64,000 nt of DNA, from NCBI GenBank assembly GCA_965248365.1, contig CBDFJA010000002.1:773171-837170 (forward strand), written 5' to 3'. Below are positions 1 to 9,600 of the stretch, one piece after another. The notes under the pieces are model-generated. The model saw only the letters and a program-made list of their open reading frames with translations. It was not told the DNA's origin and did no database searches. The stretch's first letter is position 1; each line of letters begins with the position of its first letter. Source of the DNA: Bryobacterales bacterium. GTDB taxonomy: Bacteria; Acidobacteriota; Terriglobia; Bryobacterales; UBA6623. The position numbers were made by a program, and so were the translations under genes.

Positions 1-185
1 ACGTCGAGCTTGGGAGGTGGAGGAACGATTTTAGGGCAGCTCTCAGGGTCACGACTGGACTTTGAGCTTAGACAGACTGTGAAAGATTGTCCCGGCACCT
101 ATAAAGGTTCTCTAATTATCCATAGAGACTCAGGTGTTGGCATGTACTCTGGAACCGACTGCTTGGGACCACACGAAAACGGAAC

Positions 186-1286
186 TATTGACTCCCGCAT
201 AATATAGAGTAACCTTTTGGGGGTTCTGCTCGTCTCAATAGACATGGGGAACCCAAGAGGCGTAAGGCGCGATTTTGATGCTCTGGAAAAGCGACGGCTG
301 GAGGCCGTGCGGCTGGTCGTTGACGAAGGTTTGAGTCAGTCCGAGGCAGCACGGCGCGTGAAGGCGGCGCAGCAAAGCGTGAGCCGTTGGGTTAGCGAGC
401 ATGGCGCGCACGGTGCCGCCGGACTCCGCCGGGCCGGGCGCGCCGGCCGCAAGCCGCTGTTAGACGCCACGCAACGGGAACGTCTGGAGGCAATGCTGCT
501 GCGGGGCCCCGAAGCGCAGGGCTTCTCGACGCCGCTGTGGACTTGTCCGCGAGTCGCTCGTCTGATCGCCGACGAGTTCGGCGTGCGCTATCACGAAGGT
601 CATGTTTGGAAGATCCTGCGGGCGCTCCACTGGAGCCCGCAACGGCCTGTCGGCAAGGCCCGCGAGCGCAACGAAGAAGCCATCCGCAACTGGCGGCGCA
701 AGACTTGGCCGGCCACTAAAAAAAAGCCCAAAAACAAGGCCGCACGATCGTCTTCATCGACGAAAGCGGACTGAGTCAGAAGCCCCATCGTTGCCGCACC
801 TGGGCGCCCCGCGGCGAGACACCCGTGCTGGAGTTCAACTTCAACTGGCAGAAACTTTCCGTTTCCGCCGGGCTGACCTTGCGCAACTTCTACTTCCGGC
901 TCTATCCCGGCGCCATCGGCGAGCTGGAGGTCATCGACTTCCTGAAGGCTTTGGTCCGCCACATCGACGGCCCGCTGCTGATCGTCTGGGACCGCCTGCC
1001 GGCGCACCGCAGCCGCCTGGTGCGGGAGTTCATCGAGCTCTCCGAAGGCCACATCGCCACGGAGTGCTTGCCGCCCTATGCACCGGAGCTGAACCCGGTG
1101 GAATACATTTGGGCTTACTGGAAGCAGCACGAGTTGCCGAACGTCTGTCCGAAGGACTACTGGGAGCTGGACGAGCGTGCCCGCAAATCCCTGCGTCGCA
1201 TGCGCCGCAAACCGCGCTTGATTACGGCCTTCTGGAAGCAGTCTTCTCTTGGCCTTGACTAACTCGATATTATGCGAGATTCAATA
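186..1286 (+). mobile_element. IS630-family insertion sequence, copy 1 (1101 bp including both TA)
   Basis: Imperfect terminal IRs TATTGACTCCCGCATAATAT (186-205) and ATATTATGCGAGATTCAATA (1267-1286); TA at both ends; HTH plus DDE ORFs. Confidence 0.95.
244..1262 (+). CDS. IS630 transposase, expressed via -1 frameshift at A8G (718-726)
   Basis: ORF1 has a winged HTH (LWTCPRVARLI). The -1 frame after AAAAAAAAG reads KKAQKQGRTIVFIDESG...IVWDRLPAH...LPPYAPELNPVEYIW (DDE motifs). Confidence 0.92.
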
Positions 1287-1884
1287 TGACGGTATCCCGC
1301 CTGTCCCCAAGAAGCGTTCCAGCCCAGACTCCCCAACAGGAGAACCCTTCTGTAAATTCTTCTACTTTCGAATACGGGGACGAGTCTGAGTTGAGAGGCG
1401 TGAAATCCGTTTACGTGTACACTACTGGACTACAACTTAATGTACACAAAGACATCATCAAAAACTTGAAGAAGAACAAGAAGTTGGCAGTTATTGATGA
1501 TCCTGAAGAAGCAGATGCTGTACTCAGGTTCAATTGGAACAGAAAATACAACACGCCTGCCAAGGGTTACGCATTTATTGGGCGCCGGCTGGTTTGGGAG
1601 TTTGAAGATATTCGTAGAACGGTATTGGAAAAGCCGCCTTCCACCAATTTTGCCCGTGCCTTCCTCAAACTCCTAGAATAGATCCGAAACGCGATGGGCA
1701 GCGACCATCGGGCAACTCGAAGGCTGGAGCCACAGCGAAAGGAGTACCGAACGTGGCAGTAGTGCGAAACCGTTACATCGCGGCCCGTGGATCGGCTACC
1801 CTGTTCGTGCCAGGACGGCCAAAAAGAAAATCCTGGTGTACAGTCTGGTGCAAATACGCAGGACTGAAAAATATTAGGAATCAA

Positions 1885-2460
1885 ATGGATCAAACGCTGG
1901 AACGGTATAAAGAAACGATTCTGCCTTGGCGTTTGAATGCGCTACGGATCGCCCGTGTATTCCTTTGTTTTGTTGAGCAATACCCCGAGGGTGGTGAATA
2001 TGAGTGCAGAGTTAAAGGCAAGCTGAAGCTGGAAGGGAAATCTACAGCCATCACAGATCCATCAATGGTAATGGGCCTCATCCATTCGAGAGTGTTGTTA
2101 GAGTTTCTCGGCCTGAGAGTAGCTAGTGAGGGGACATTGAGTAAGGCGAACAAGCGTAAAGACGACATCAATATCGAAAGCTTCGGCTTGGCAATTGTCA
2201 CTAGAAGTAAGGCGTTATCGCCCTGCACAGAAGATGAAGATAAGGGAAAAGCAGAAGCGGCGTTCGTCCAAACGATTACAGCGGCCAATAAGCTGGTTGC
2301 TCATTCAACTGAGATGGTGGATTTAAGCAGTGAAGCAGTCAACAGCTACATTATGTGCTGCACCGCAATACCTGTGTTGTTTAATCTGTACTTCTATAAG
2401 CCGCTGGGAATTGAAATGCCAAACATCGACCCATCGTCAAGGCCAGCGACTCCCGACTAG
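1885..2460 (+). CDS. HEPN-like hypothetical protein (191 aa)
   Basis: IHSRVLLEFLG helix and ANKLVAH, resembling the HEPN R/A-N-x-x-x-A-H motif; lower GC than the surrounding DNA. Confidence 0.45.
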   Translation: MDQTLERYKETILPWRLNALRIARVFLCFVEQYPEGGEYECRVKGKLKLEGKSTAITDPSMVMGLIHSRVLLEFLGLRVASEGTLSKANKRKDDINIESFGLAIVTRSKALSPCTEDEDKGKAEAAFVQTITAANKLVAHSTEMVDLSSEAVNSYIMCCTAIPVLFNLYFYKPLGIEMPNIDPSSRPATPD

Positions 2461-3045
2461 GGAGGCGCCTGAGACTAGATCGCTCGAACTGGCCAGTCTC
2501 ACTACGGTAAGCCGAGGAGTGCCCCATAGCCCGCCTCAATCCTCGCGGTGTTTCCAGTACGTGTCTATGAGCACCGTGAGTACCTTGTCCAGAACGTCTG
2601 TTTGCAGTGTCGCGGACGACATCTCGTACAGATATCGCCAATCCATGAACACTTTCCGGTACTCCTCGAGAATCTCACTCAAGCGTGATGGACGTGGATA
2701 AATCAGTTCCTTCATGGTCCGTGCTTCCCGGACTCTCTGTGGCTCTACCAGTTCGTGAATCGGATCGTCTACAGTTCCCGTGCCGCGTCCACGTTGCCAT
2801 GCCTCTTCAAGCAGTTTCTGTGTCTTACAATCCAGTCTGTCGAACAAGCAGAGCAAATCGTGATCTCTAGGCGGGTCACCCTTCAAGTCTCGACAGAGCC
2901 ATGCCTTCAGTGCGATTTCGATTCCCAGCGCCCATAGAACGGGTGCGGCTAGAAAGCTTCCGCTGAAATATACAAGGTCGCCCTTCTTAAAAGCAGCACT
3001 GCTTTCACGATCTATCTTCGCCGCTATGGATCGCAGTCCAGCCGC

Positions 3046-4145
3046 TATTGAATCTCGCATAATATCGAGTTAGTCAAGGCCAAGAGAAGACTGCTTCCAG
3101 AAGGCCGTAATCAAGCGCGGTTTGCGGCGCATGCGACGCAGGGATTTGCGGGCACGCTCGTCCAGCTCCCAGTAGTCCTTCGGACAGACGTTCGGCAACT
3201 CGTGCTGCTTCCAGTAAGCCCAAATGTATTCCACCGGGTTCAGCTCCGGTGCATAGGGCGGCAAGCACTCCGTGGCGATGTGGCCTTCGGAGAGCTCGAT
3301 GAACTCCCGCACCAGGCGGCTGCGGTGCGCCGGCAGGCGGTCCCAGACGATCAGCAGCGGGCCGTCGATGTGGCGGACCAAAGCCTTCAGGAAGTCGATG
3401 ACCTCCAGCTCGCCGATGGCGCCGGGATAGAGCCGGAAGTAGAAGTTGCGCAAGGTCAGCCCGGCGGAAACGGAAAGTTTCTGCCAGTTGAAGTTGAACT
3501 CCAGCACGGGTGTCTCGCCGCGGGGCGCCCAGGTGCGGCAACGATGGGGCTTCTGACTCAGTCCGCTTTCGTCGATGAAGACGATCGTGCGGCCTTGTTT
3601 TTGGGCTTTTTTTTAGTGGCCGGCCAAGTCTTGCGCCGCCAGTTGCGGATGGCTTCTTCGTTGCGCTCGCGGGCCTTGCCGACAGGCCGTTGCGGGCTCC
3701 AGTGGAGCGCCCGCAGGATCTTCCAAACATGACCTTCGTGATAGCGCACGCCGAACTCGTCGGCGATCAGACGAGCGACTCGCGGACAAGTCCACAGCGG
3801 CGTCGAGAAGCCCTGCGCTTCGGGGCCCCGCAGCAGCATTGCCTCCAGACGTTCCCGTTGCGTGGCGTCTAACAGCGGCTTGCGGCCGGCGCGCCTGGCC
3901 CGGCGGAGTCCGGCGGCACCGTGCGCGCCATGCTCGCTAACCCAACGGCTCACGCTTTGCTGCGCCGCCTTCACGCGCCGTGCTGCCTCGGACTGACTCA
4001 AACCTTCGTCGACGACCAGCCGCACGGCCTCCAGCCGTCGCTTTTCCAGAGCATCAAAATCGCGCCTTACGCCTCTTGGGTTCCCCATGTCTATTAAGAC
4101 GGGCAGACCCCCAAAAGGTTACTCTATATTATGCGGGAGTCAATA
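3046..4145 (-). mobile_element. IS630-family insertion sequence, copy 2 (inverted, slightly diverged)
   Basis: Reverse-complement copy of 186-1286 with the same IRs and TA ends; a few substitutions and a 1-bp indel near its left end. Confidence 0.95.
3070..4088 (-). CDS. IS630 transposase (frameshifted), copy 2
   Basis: Same two ORFs as copy 1. Confidence 0.92.
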
Positions 4146-4374
4146 GGTCGATCATGCGGCCCGTGCTAAATGCTGGTTCATCCCTGTTGTTGGCGCTCAT
4201 TAATGATCTCCGTTACGACGATACCGCTCCGAAGTTGCCTGTGGCAACTCCCCAACTCCGGCCGCTCCGCGCGAGGCGCTTTAGCCTCCCGGCACCGGTA
4301 GCGCCCAGATCCGCCGCCATAGATTCCCTCACCCCTTTTCCCCGCGCCGCCTCCGTTCCTGATTCCCGTTGCCG

Positions 4375-4461
4375 CCCATCAGCTGCACGCAGACCTCATC
4401 GACCCACTTGACGTCGTAGGGATTCCAGCCCTCGTACTCGTCGAGCACCTCCAGCAGGGCG
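4375..4461 (-). repeat. 87-bp diverged duplicate of the 3' end of phage gene 6277-6669
   Basis: About 77/87 identical to 6317-6403, with a 39-bp perfect core; encodes ALLEVLDEYEGWNPYDVKWVDEVCVQLMG. Confidence 0.9.
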
Positions 4462-4531
4462 GCTGTGCGAACGCTGCGCATAGGGCATAATACGAGTGGG
4501 AGAGCAGGAAGATCTGTAGGATGTAGCGAGT

Positions 4532-6217
4532 ATGCACCGTGTGCTGCTGAGTCTGTTCGTAGTTGGCGGTCTTGTTACGACAGCTCAAACTGACAGACCA
4601 AGCCCCGTGGTGGAACGGTTTGGGGTTCGCCATGGGGCATCGAATGTCAGTAGGCTTTTGCCGTCACTGCCTCGCGGTGGGATTTTTCTCGTTCGTGGCG
4701 CTTGGCTGGGACCCGACGACTTGGTCCTTGCAGCACAGCCGTTCACCTCCGAACTCGCCGGGGCACGGATTCAGATTCGGTCGGTCGGGAGCGGCGTAGT
4801 CTACAACGCGGACATGGTCCACGCGTGGGCTTTTCAGCTGGCAGCCATTCTACCGTCTGAAATACCCGCTGGACCCGTCGAATTAACGGCGGTTTACGAG
4901 GGCCGTAGCAGCGAGCGGGTCGAAATTCTGGTAGTCGACTCGATGCCGGGATTGTTCGCGGTCAGCCAACAAGGGTTCGGGCCTGGAGTAATTCAAAATT
5001 TCATCTCGCCGACCGAGCAACCACTCAATACGCTCACAAACCCCGCTAGCGGCGGACAATACATCATCCTCTGGGGCACCGGCTTAGGTGAACCGGCCGC
5101 TGCCGAGGACATTCGGGTGACCGTCGGACATCTGTCTCTCAAACCGCATTACGCAGGGCCTGCTCCCGGTTTCGCTGGCGTTGATCAATTCAACGTGATG
5201 CTGCCGAATCGCGAGGACCTGCCGACAGGGTGTTACGTTCCTGTGTCGGTCTCCCGTGGACTAAGCTCGACCGGTCAAGTCACGGTAGCGATTGGCGATA
5301 CCCCCGGTAGATGCGATCACCCATGGGAACTGTCGCCTGAAAAGCTCGCTGACCTCGATCGCGGTGAGCGCATCAAGACGCTACAAGTCTTCTTAAGCGA
5401 CGCGGAGGACGTGATCTCTCCCACCGAAGGCGAGCGACCGCTGCCGAGGCGACGGTTGCTGGCATTCGCCAGCCTCGATCTCGCCAACGGCTCGGGGGTG
5501 GCTTTGCGTAGCCCTCAGTCGATGGCGCCTCTTGAAGAGATAGGTGAGTGGTGTGGTTCTTCTTCACTCCGGTGGGTGATGGGAGACTTCTCCGGGGGAT
5601 TAGTTCAGCCGCTACCCCAACGGCCGCCGCCGCCAAATCCTCTGTTTCTGCCAGCGGACGCAGGTGAGTCGCTCGAGTTTGTCGGTCCGGGGGGCCGAAA
5701 GATGGAACTGCGGCGACTGATGCCATCGTTCGATGATCGGTACTACTTCAATCTGTTCGATCAGCCGGGGAGCGCGGACCTTCTGGTGTCAGGTACTTGG
5801 ACGCTACGAGCTCCGGGGGGTGCCGATGTAGGGGCCTTCGGAGCAGCGGTCGAATTGCCGGGCCTACCGGCGGTGATGGCTCCGGCGTCAATAGATCTTA
5901 GCGAAGACATTGCTGTCGAATGGACGGGCCGAAGTTACGCATCCGGGGACAGGGTGGACTTGCTAATCGGTGTCCGGACCTCTGATCAACACGACTCTTC
6001 CCGCCGGGTGGTATCGGGAGTGCACTGCAGCGTCCCGGCGGTTGACGGTGGTTTGACTATCGCTGCCGATGTGCTCGAAACCCTTCCCGAACCGGCCGAC
6101 GGGATGGCTATTTGGCAGTTTTCGTTGTACGCACGGCGAAACCTCGACATCCCGCAACTCGAGTACGCTGGCCTTGATTTCCGCATGTCGCGAATCAAGC
6201 GGTTACGAATTGATTGA
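4532..6217 (+). CDS. Secreted protein with a Solibacter-type C-terminal (TIGR03437-like) domain
   Basis: Signal peptide; PGLFAVSQQGFGPG...NPASGGQYIILWGTGLG...YAGPAPGFAGVDQFNV motif characteristic of Bryobacterales surface proteins. Confidence 0.75.
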   Translation: MHRVLLSLFVVGGLVTTAQTDRPSPVVERFGVRHGASNVSRLLPSLPRGGIFLVRGAWLGPDDLVLAAQPFTSELAGARIQIRSVGSGVVYNADMVHAWAFQLAAILPSEIPAGPVELTAVYEGRSSERVEILVVDSMPGLFAVSQQGFGPGVIQNFISPTEQPLNTLTNPASGGQYIILWGTGLGEPAAAEDIRVTVGHLSLKPHYAGPAPGFAGVDQFNVMLPNREDLPTGCYVPVSVSRGLSSTGQVTVAIGDTPGRCDHPWELSPEKLADLDRGERIKTLQVFLSDAEDVISPTEGERPLPRRRLLAFASLDLANGSGVALRSPQSMAPLEEIGEWCGSSSLRWVMGDFSGGLVQPLPQRPPPPNPLFLPADAGESLEFVGPGGRKMELRRLMPSFDDRYYFNLFDQPGSADLLVSGTWTLRAPGGADVGAFGAAVELPGLPAVMAPASIDLSEDIAVEWTGRSYASGDRVDLLIGVRTSDQHDSSRRVVSGVHCSVPAVDGGLTIAADVLETLPEPADGMAIWQFSLYARRNLDIPQLEYAGLDFRMSRIKRLRID

Positions 6218-6276
6218 CGTTTCCAATCTGTCCCGGATGGCGTTTCCCTGCCGGGTGTTGCGACGAGTGAGCACCA

Positions 6277-6669
6277 CTACCGTCCCCGCTTCCGTCCCCG
6301 GGCACCCTTGTCCACACCCATGAGCTGCACACAGACCTGATCGACCCACTTGACGTCGTAGGGATTCCAGCCCTCGTATTCGTCGAGCAGTCCCAATAAG
6401 GCGTCAGCGACGGCGGGATCGATGTCCGAGGAAACCTCGATCTTGGCGAGTTCCTTCTGCTGTTCGGGATCGACGCGCACCCCTTCGTTTTCTTCGAACG
6501 AGTAGTTCAGCCGCTGGATGATCTTCTCATCCATGCCGCAGGCGCCGGGATCGAGCGGCAATGCTTCGGAGACGCGCGCCAGTATTCTCATATCCTTGCG
6601 CGAGCCGCGCTTGCCGGCCAGGATCGCCCGCAGCACGATGCGCTGGCTCAGTGTGGTGGTCAAATTCAT
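6277..6669 (-). CDS. Hypothetical phage protein after the tail tip gene (possible fibre assembly factor)
   Basis: 130-aa ORF directly downstream of the tail tip gene; function assigned by position only. Confidence 0.5.
   Translation of the reverse strand: MNLTTTLSQRIVLRAILAGKRGSRKDMRILARVSEALPLDPGACGMDEKIIQRLNYSFEENEGVRVDPEQQKELAKIEVSSDIDPAVADALLGLLDEYEGWNPYDVKWVDQVCVQLMGVDKGARGRKRGR
6317..6403 (-). repeat. Second copy of the 87-bp repeat (within gene 6277-6669)
   Basis: Direct repeat of 4375-4461, offset 1942 bp. Confidence 0.9.
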
Positions 6670-6690
6670 GGAAGTTTCTCCTAGAAGGGG

Positions 6691-9600
6691 TTAGATGTTT
6701 GAAACGTCTCTGGAAATCCAGGCCGACCCATCCCAGAACCAGTAGGTCGAGCCTGTCTTATAGGCGATGCCGCCGTAACCCGAGCCGGGGTTGGTAGGCC
6801 CGGTGGAGAGGGCTTTGAGATAAATCGCTTTCGCGCTTCTGACGCCGCCGGCGGAAGCCTGTAGGGCGTTCCAGTCCGTGCTGGTAGCCGAGCAGTTCTT
6901 GCCGGTGAAGCCTCCGTTGACCGCTTGGATGGCGTTGCCGGCGGTGCTGGTAGCCGAGCAAGTCTTGCCGGTGAAGCCGCCGTTGGGAGCTTGGATGGCG
7001 TTGCCGTCGGTGCTGGTAGCCGAGCAAGTCTTGCCGGTGAAGCCGCCGTTGGGAGCTCTGATGGCGTTGCCGACGTTCTGATACGCCGCGATGGCGCGGC
7101 ACTGGATACCGCCCCCGGAAGTAGCCCCCGAACCGGAGCCGTACATGTCAAGCGCGTTGTCGACGGTGCTGGTGGCCCGCAGGGTTTTCGCCTTGACCCC
7201 GCCGTAGGGAGCCCAGATGGCGCCGTCGGCGGTGCTGGTGGCCTGCATAATTTCCGCCTTGACCCCGCCGTTGACCGCCTCGATGGCGTTGTACGTATTC
7301 TGGTACGCTCCGATGGTGCGGCAGTCAATGCCGCCCCCGGAAGTAGAGCCTGAACCCGAGCTGTACATGTCGAGCGCGTTCCAGGCGGTGGAGCTGATCT
7401 TGAGGGTGGTAAAGTCGCCGTTCCCCGAGCCATCGAGGACGGAGAGATCGATCTCCTTCCAGCCGGCGTTGTAGTAGCGCCAGACGTCCCCCGCCTTGTG
7501 GCTCAGGCCCGAGTAGCCCGAGCCGGGATTGGTGGGCGCACTGGACAGGCTCTTGGCGTAGAAGGCTTTCTCGCTTCTGACGCCGCCGGCTGAGGCCTGT
7601 AGGGCGTTCCAGTCCGTGCTGGTAGCCGAGCAGTTCTTGCCGGTGAAGCCCCCGTTGGGAGCTTGGATGGCGTTGCCGGCGGTATCGGTAGCCGAGCAGG
7701 TCTTGCCGGTGAAGCCGCCGTTGGGGACATGGACGGCATTGCCTTCCGTGGCCGTTGTGTAGAAGCCGTCGGCGGAATACACGTACCCCTCCGAGACGGC
7801 GATGGCGGCGGTGGCGTCCACTCCGGCCACGGTGAGCTTCTTGAGCGTCTTGTCCCACGTCAGGTTGGCGTCGCCCGCCATGGCCCCATCGTCGCTGAAC
7901 TGCAGCTGCTTGTCCGATCCCGCCGCCACGACCCGAAAAGCTTCCCAAACACGCTCGTCGCTCGCGTCCACCTCGACCGACTGCTCCCAGCGATCGTCGG
8001 TCTTCGACCACCTGAGCAAGCCCCAGCTGTCGTCAAGCAGGTCGGCTTTCGAGTCATCGTAGGTGGAGCCGGTATCGCCATGGTCCTTCAGCGCCAGGAA
8101 GGCTTCAGAGACCAGGTGGCCGGTGTAGACGGTATCGTTCGCAAAGGGAGTGTTTCGACCGCCTGTTAAAAATGATCCCGACCCCGCCGTGGGGCCTACC
8201 TGCAGCGCCCCGTTCGAGTGCTGCAGCTGCACGAGCTGGGTGCCGATGCCGGCCACGGACTTATAGACCTTCAAGGCCGCCGTCACGCCCGAGCCCTCCT
8301 GGGCAATGATGGATTGCTCGGCTTGGGTGACGGCGGAATCGTTGGTCGAGATCTCGATGCCCGAGACCGAGTCGCTGTTGGGGGAGCGCTTGAACTCGCC
8401 CAGGTTCCCCCCGCTGACGCGGTTGCCGAGGACCTGATTGCGGTCGCCGGATTGGAAGTTATTGGCCGTGCCGTAGAGGGTGTCGAGTTCGCGTACCGCC
8501 CAGTGGCCGGAGGCGTTGAGGTAGATTTGATTGTTTCTGATGGTGCAACCCGAGGTGCGCTCGCTGGCTGCCGAGCCGCGGTTGCTCAAGACAATGGGGC
8601 CGAATTCGGCGTTGCCGCCGGCGATGACGGGTTGGATGATGGCGTTGCCCTGGACCAGCACGTCGCGGGAGGCGTTGAGCGAGATGCCGCCGCCGGCCTG
8701 GTTGACCAGCGTGTTGTCCGCGATCACCAGCCGGCGGGACCCCGAGGCGCTGTAGGTACGGCCCAGGTTGATGCCGCGCGTGAGGTTGGCGTTCGAGGTC
8801 CCGTAGGAGGCGATCGAGTCGTTGGCGTAGTCGGGGTCGGAGGAGTCGGGGATGACCAAGGTATTGCCCGAGACCACCCCCTCGGCCATGCCGTCGAGGT
8901 CGATCGAGCCGCCGTTGACCGAGCGGAGGGAGTTGCTCGAGATGACGCCGGTACAATGCCCCGAGCAATCGATCGCCGCGGCGTAGCGGCCGGCATCGTA
9001 TTTGGGAGTGGGAGAATCGGTGTCGCTGGTGGTCTGGTAGCCGACGCGGTGGAAGGTGTTGCCCGTGACGGCGAAGTTATGCACCACGCCCATCTGGACG
9101 CCATCGAGGCCGAGGTCGGAGAAGCTCGACCCGACGACGCTGATCGAGTCGTGGTAGGCGCCGAAGGCCGGCGCCCAGCTCCACACACAGTTGCCCGCCG
9201 AGCGCGAGAACGAGCAGTCGGTGACCTGCAGACCCCGCACGGCGTAGGCGGAACCGTCGCCCGAGGCGAGGATGCCGCCCGTCCAGGCGCCGTAGTTGGC
9301 GTCATCGTCTCCGGTGATGACAAGGGTGAGATCGAGGTCCGTGTCCGCCGCCTGGCCGCTCAGGTAGTAACGGTGGTAGGCGGTTCCCGAGATCGTGACC
9401 TCGTCGTCGGTGAACTGATCGAGAATCTCATTCCCGTTGCCGTCCTCGATCGACCAGAAGTCCTGTCCCTGGGGCAGTAGCAGATACGCGGTCCACTCCT
9501 GGGCGAGGCTGGAGAGGGTAATGTCGTAAGCGGTTCTGGGGTCGCGGTCAGCCAACTCCGTCAGGGCGTTGAACTCCGTTGACCCGAACGATCCCGGCGC

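Larger units (their letters stand above)
1..1681 (+). pseudogene. Secreted/two-domain hypothetical protein split by IS630 copy 1 (5' part 1-187, 3' part 1286-1681; 5' end outside window)
   Basis: Removing the IS and one TA joins the frames: ...DCLGPHENGT|MTVSRLSPRS...FEYGDESELRGVKSVYVY...NFARAFLKLLE*. Confidence 0.7.
2536..4200 (-). pseudogene. HEPN-domain protein (about 188 aa) interrupted by IS630 copy 2
   Basis: ATG at 4200 with GGAG SD. MSANNRDEPAFSTGRMIDL joins in frame to AAGLRSIAAK across the TA. Motifs LGIEIALKAWL, PPRDHDLLCLF and DWRY are typical of HEPN. Confidence 0.75.

Noticed and set aside
602-1258. Alternative 218-aa and 176-aa ORFs inside IS630
   Set aside because: Off-frame or antisense to the transposase; they recur only because the IS is repeated
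186-4145. Composite transposon formed by the two inverted IS630 copies
   Set aside because: Each copy independently splits a gene whose halves rejoin in frame across its own TA, so they are separate insertions with original flanks and no inversion
6836-7080. CRISPR array
   Set aside because: The 66-bp periodicity is a coding repeat without unique spacers; no cas genes
6691-7750. Diversity-generating retroelement or shufflon acting on the tail fibre
   Set aside because: No reverse transcriptase or invertase in the window; the repeats are direct, in frame, and do not differ specifically at adenines
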